Assembly: GCA_963752205.1 (NCBI GenBank) | Contig: CAVVZG010000031.1 | Location: 11,282 to 75,281 of the forward strand | Source: Bryobacterales bacterium | GTDB taxonomy: Bacteria; Acidobacteriota; Terriglobia; Bryobacterales; Bryobacteraceae | DNA: 64,000 bases | Direction of reading: 5' to 3' | In this document: one piece after another, positions 60,455 through 64,000 of the stretch | Position numbering within the stretch: position 1 is the stretch's first letter | Layout: the number at the start of each line of letters is the position of its first letter | Program-made: the position numbers and the translations under genes | The notes under the pieces: model-generated | Database searches by the model: none | The model's input: only the letters and a program-made list of their open reading frames with translations | What the model was told of the DNA's origin: nothing

Positions 60455-61444
60455 TTAGGAAACCTTAATCACAACCCGCCCGCGGATCGCGCCACCAATG
60501 ATTTTATCGCCCAAATCGAACACCGCTTCAAGTGGGGCTTCCTGGGTCATGCTGTCGAGCAGCGGCAGCGGCAGATCACGGGTCAAACGCTCCCACATCA
60601 GCAGCCGGTCGCTTCCCGAGACGTACACCGAGTTAATTCCTAGCAAGTTCACGCCGCGCAGGATGAAGGGAAAGACCGTGGTGTTGAGCGCCGCCCCGCC
60701 CGCCACGCCGCACGCCGCCACACTCCCGTTCGCCACCAACCCCCGCACGATCGCAGCCAGCGTATCCCCGCCCACGCTATCGACGGCCCCCGCCCAGCGC
60801 TCCGAATCGAGCGGCCGTTTGGACGGCGCCGTCAATGTGTTGCGGTCCAGAATCTCGCTCGCCCCCAGCGATCGCAAGTAGTCTCCCAATTCCGCCCGCC
60901 CCGTCGACGCAACCACTTTGTAACCCAACTTCGCCAGCACCGCCACCGCCACGCTGCCCACGCCCCCCGCCGCCCCCGTGACCAATACTTCCCGTCCCCC
61001 CGGCGCCACCCCATGCCGTTCCAGCGCCACCACGCATTGCATGGCCGTGAACCCCGCCGTCCCGATCGCCATCGCCTGCTTGAGCGTTAACCCCTGCGGC
61101 AGCCGCACCAGCCAGTTCGCGTCCACCCGCGCCAGCTCCGCATAACCGCCCCAGACGGTTTCCGACAGTCCGAACCCCGTGATCACCACTTCATCGCCCG
61201 GCTTCCAATCCGCCGCAGCCGACTCCTCCACCACCCCCGCCAGATCGATCCCCGGAATCATCGGAAACTTGCGGATCACCCCCGGCCGCCCCGTAACGGC
61301 GAGCCCGTCCTTATAATTCAAGTCCGAATACCGCACTCGCACCAGCACATCGCCCGCCGGCAGGCTGTCGCGGTCGAGTTGCTGAATGGACACCTGGGTT
61401 TTCCCGTCCTGCTGCGTCGCATATACGGCTTTGAAAGTGGACAT
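60455..61444 (-). CDS. MDR-superfamily NADPH:quinone / acrylyl-CoA reductase (YhdH/AcuI subgroup).
   Basis: VLVRVRYSDLNYKDGLA, PMIPGIDLAGVV, VLVTGAAGGVGSVAV, ...GRVVIKV. Confidence 0.85.
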   Translation of the reverse strand: MSTFKAVYATQQDGKTQVSIQQLDRDSLPAGDVLVRVRYSDLNYKDGLAVTGRPGVIRKFPMIPGIDLAGVVEESAAADWKPGDEVVITGFGLSETVWGGYAELARVDANWLVRLPQGLTLKQAMAIGTAGFTAMQCVVALERHGVAPGGREVLVTGAAGGVGSVAVAVLAKLGYKVVASTGRAELGDYLRSLGASEILDRNTLTAPSKRPLDSERWAGAVDSVGGDTLAAIVRGLVANGSVAACGVAGGAALNTTVFPFILRGVNLLGINSVYVSGSDRLLMWERLTRDLPLPLLDSMTQEAPLEAVFDLGDKIIGGAIRGRVVIKVS

Positions 61445-61504
61445 AGCTGCTCTCCAGGATATTGGAAATTACGACGATAGAGGGGTGCGGAGGAATTACG
61501 AAAT

Positions 61505-62029
61505 ATGATGTGTCCCGGCTGCGGCGCCCCCATGAGTCTAGACGCCGGCAAGGATTTCCTGGCCTGCCGATACTGCGGCACCACCCACTTCCCTGACCCC
61601 AATCCCGACGGCGTGCGCGTCCTCGATGAGCCGTCCGATGAACAATGCCCGCGCTGCAAGGTCGCGTTAGTTCAAGCCGCGATCGCCGGCGAGCGCGTGC
61701 TCTATTGCCAACGCTGCCATGGCCTGCTGATCGATATGGATGGGTTCCTGGCCGTGGTCGAAGACCTGCGCTCCCGCCACGAGACCTCCGAATACGCCGG
61801 CGTCCAGCCCGACTGGGGAGCCCTGGACCGCCGCACCAACTGTCCCAAGTGTTCGAAGGAAATGGACACCCACCCCTACGGCGGTCCCGGCAACGTAATC
61901 ATCGATACCTGCGAAAACTGTTCCCTAAATTGGCTCGATTACGGCGAACTCCAACACATCGTCCGCGCCCCCGACGAGAAATACGTGATCGCGATCGATG
62001 AGGATGAGCGGTTGAAAGCTAAACAATAG
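61505..62029 (+). CDS. Double zf-TFIIB-type zinc-ribbon protein.
   Basis: CPGCG...CRYCG; CPRCK...CQRCHGLLID; CPKCS...CENCSLNWLDYGEL. These match the transcription-factor zinc-finger (zf-TFIIB) pattern C..C....L.......C..C.G.W.D.GEL. Confidence 0.65.
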   Translation: MMCPGCGAPMSLDAGKDFLACRYCGTTHFPDPNPDGVRVLDEPSDEQCPRCKVALVQAAIAGERVLYCQRCHGLLIDMDGFLAVVEDLRSRHETSEYAGVQPDWGALDRRTNCPKCSKEMDTHPYGGPGNVIIDTCENCSLNWLDYGELQHIVRAPDEKYVIAIDEDERLKAKQ

Positions 62030-62075
62030 CGTTGAAATATCCACCGAATTGTGGTCAGATGATGCGCAAGCGGTC

Positions 62076-63194
62076 ATGAAGTTACGGTTAGTAACGCTCA
62101 GCATATTGCTCACGGCCAGCCCGGCCTTCTGCGGCGTTGCCGCACTCTCCTCAGTCGGCCGACTTCTAGCCCAGGCCGACCAGGTGGTGGTCGCGACGGT
62201 GCGAAATAGCAGCAGCGCAGAACACACCTTAAATATTGACTTAACGGTGAGCAGAACGATTAAAGGATCCGCGATTGTAGGCTCAAGCATTTCCGCAACG
62301 CTGTCGTCTCCCAACGTCAGGACCCTTACTCCTGGAACGGTCGAAACTAGCGGCGCAGTGGTCTCGAGTGAGTTGAAAGAGAAGACTGGCGTCTGGTTCC
62401 TACAAGCGTCCGGCTCTAGCTGGATTGTACTGTCATTAGTAATTGGTGACCTCTCTACCGACGACCTCTATATCCCGGTGCCTCCCGGGCAACTGCCCGC
62501 GCCCTATTTATACGATTCCAGCGCCGACCCGAAGACAAAGTTGGCAGTGGAGATCGGCGCCGCCGCAGAAGACCCAATCACCGTTCTCGCGATTTCGCGC
62601 TTAGCAGCACAGCGCATGTTAGTTGACCTCGATCCAGACCTTCAGCCCGTCTTTAATCAACTGGCTTCATCGCCCCGACCCGCTTCCAGGGCCATGGGAT
62701 GGGCAGGCCAAATTCGGCTCGGCACGCCGAGCGTTTTAATCGCAGCGGTGAGGTCCAATCTAGCGTCGTCCACCGCGGACCCTCAGGGTCAAATAGCGAA
62801 CTCAGTATGCGTGTATCGCAATACTGACCCTCGCGGAATAGCGGCGTTGGGCGACCTTGTAGGTTCCCAGTATCCCGATGCGATGAGATTCTGCGCCACG
62901 TACGCCTTGAGAGAGATACATTCGAAGGAGACGTTGCCGTTTCTGGAAAAACTTTTGAGTGATAACTCAGCACAGATTCGATATGACGCTGTTATCGGCA
63001 TCGCCCAGTATGCCATTTCATTCCCGATGGTAGGAATTGGCGAGAAACCCGCTACCATCGCAACGTTCACGCCACCACCCAATGTCACGGATGAGATGCG
63101 ACAACATTATCCCTCGCAGGGCCTGTTCCTGAAGAACGAACAAGAGTACGTCTCCTACTGGAAATCCTGGCTAGCTGCGCATCCCGTGCGGTAA
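62076..63194 (+). CDS. Exported hypothetical protein with a HEAT/ARM-like C-terminal half.
   Basis: ORF 62049..63194. Likely start M10 (MKLRLVTLSILLTASPAFC). The C-terminal helical repeats include LREIHSKETLPFLEKLLSDNSAQIRYDAVIGI (HEAT-like). Confidence 0.55.
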   Translation: MKLRLVTLSILLTASPAFCGVAALSSVGRLLAQADQVVVATVRNSSSAEHTLNIDLTVSRTIKGSAIVGSSISATLSSPNVRTLTPGTVETSGAVVSSELKEKTGVWFLQASGSSWIVLSLVIGDLSTDDLYIPVPPGQLPAPYLYDSSADPKTKLAVEIGAAAEDPITVLAISRLAAQRMLVDLDPDLQPVFNQLASSPRPASRAMGWAGQIRLGTPSVLIAAVRSNLASSTADPQGQIANSVCVYRNTDPRGIAALGDLVGSQYPDAMRFCATYALREIHSKETLPFLEKLLSDNSAQIRYDAVIGIAQYAISFPMVGIGEKPATIATFTPPPNVTDEMRQHYPSQGLFLKNEQEYVSYWKSWLAAHPVR

Positions 63195-63282
63195 AGCGCG
63201 CTACCGAATTCGTCCTCAGCATAGATTTGCCGGAGTGGTGCTATGCTGCACTCAGAAGTCGCCTCCACTAAGGCCCATGCAC

Positions 63283-63522
63283 ATGAACGATTCCGCCGCC
63301 ATGACCTTCAAGACCAAATTGCAAGACGGAAGAATCCCGTTGCCCAGCCGCCTGCGAACTCTAGCCGGTGTCTCTGACGGCGATCCGGTCAACGTCACCC
63401 TCATTCAGGGGCTCTTCGTCGTAACGCCTGCCCGCCGCAACCGCCTTAGCCAAGCCGCGAAGCCGCAGCGGCGCAAAGTAGTATTGAGCCGCCTGCAGCG
63501 CCGAAGCCCCGGCGTCGCTTAA
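63283..63522 (+). CDS. AbrB/SpoVT-fold putative antitoxin. Start and C-terminus uncertain.
   Basis: TFKTKLQDGRIPLPSRLRTLAGVSDGDPVNVTLIQGLFVVTP fits the swapped-hairpin AbrB/MazE pattern (G.i.lP...R..lgi..GD.v.v....g.i.i.P). Confidence 0.5.
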   Translation: MNDSAAMTFKTKLQDGRIPLPSRLRTLAGVSDGDPVNVTLIQGLFVVTPARRNRLSQAAKPQRRKVVLSRLQRRSPGVA

Positions 63523-63548
63523 AGCCATGTGGGCAGACTCCCATCGTC

Positions 63549-63650
63549 ATGGCACCAGACAAGATGACGATGCGGGAGATCGACGCGCTGATCGCCGAAG
63601 TCCGCGCGGAGCAAGCGTTAAAACGCAAGGTCAAGCAATCTGCTAAATGA
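63549..63650 (+). CDS. 33-codon ORF overlapping the PIN gene start. Possibly the displaced C-terminus of the antitoxin.
   Basis: Hand-translated MAPDKMTMREIDALIAEVRAEQALKRKVKQSAK. Its TGA overlaps the PIN ATG (ATGA at 63647-63650). The frame is open upstream to 63430, so it may join the AbrB-like ORF through another indel. Confidence 0.3.
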   Translation: MAPDKMTMREIDALIAEVRAEQALKRKVKQSAK

Positions 63651-64000
63651 TCCGGGTCGTCCTGGACACCAACGCGGTCGTCTCCGCTCAGCTCAAACCC
63701 TCAGGATTAGAAGCCGCCGTGCTCTTACTCGCATTGCGTGGAGTTGTCGCTCTCTGCGTCTCGCCGCCAATTTTGGCCGAGTATCAAAGGGTACTTTACA
63801 AACCCAAGCTAAAGTTCAATCCACGCCGGGTGGAAGCGGTTCTCTCGGATATCGGTGCCGCAAGCAGCTTGGTCCATCCAGCTCGTGTTCTCGCGTTGGC
63901 TAGTCACGAACCGGACAACCGCTTTCTGGAATGCGTGCAGGGCCGCGCAGGCTGACTACCTGGTCACGGGAAACAAGAGACATTTTCCCAAACAGTGGGG
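63647..64000 (+). CDS. PIN-domain toxin (TIGR00305-like). Frame break near 63934-63946. The 3' end runs off the window.
   Basis: MIRVVLDTNAVVSAQL...SPPILAEYQRVL...EPDNRFLEC, then the listed frame stops. The next frame reads AAQADYLVTGNKRHFPKQW, the canonical continuation (D..fle.A.a..AdyLVTGd..hf). Confidence 0.75.

Overview
GC-rich (about 60% by eye) chromosomal window. The gene content suggests Acidobacteriota (Terriglobia/Solibacter-like), by inference only: CarboxypepD_reg-type TonB-dependent receptors over 1100 aa, a DUF1592/DUF1552 pair, many Tat/Sec-exported enzymes, a eukaryote-like type II glutamine synthetase and a Ser/Thr kinase. I count about 55 protein genes and one intact tRNA-Pro(UGG). 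I saw no rRNA, CRISPR array, integrase or transposase. Four highlights. (1) A tightly coupled 8-gene minus-strand cluster (4415-13876) encodes a LigM-like O-demethylase, PabA, PabB, a secreted amidohydrolase, a PAL-like NHL propeller, a heme-c-fused PHM/DBH-like copper monooxygenase, a Tat-exported TPP enzyme and a cytochrome c. The two catalytic halves of peptidylglycine alpha-amidating monooxygenase are therefore adjacent, translationally coupled bacterial genes. (2) The 3' 49 nt of tRNA-Pro (37145-37221) recur exactly at 29779-29827 and in degraded form at 25828-25878 and 16762-16793, all in the same orientation. This splits about 20 kb into att-like bounded segments with no integrase, and a truncated CHAT-domain pseudogene abuts the tRNA. 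(3) An 838-nt ORF-free, purine/GGA-rich region between convergent genes (47725-48562) looks like a large ncRNA locus. (4) At least nine conserved genes are interrupted by single-site frameshifts. This most likely reflects indel errors in the assembly and should be resolved before calling pseudogenes. Alternative start coordinates were derived from the ORF track by codon counting.
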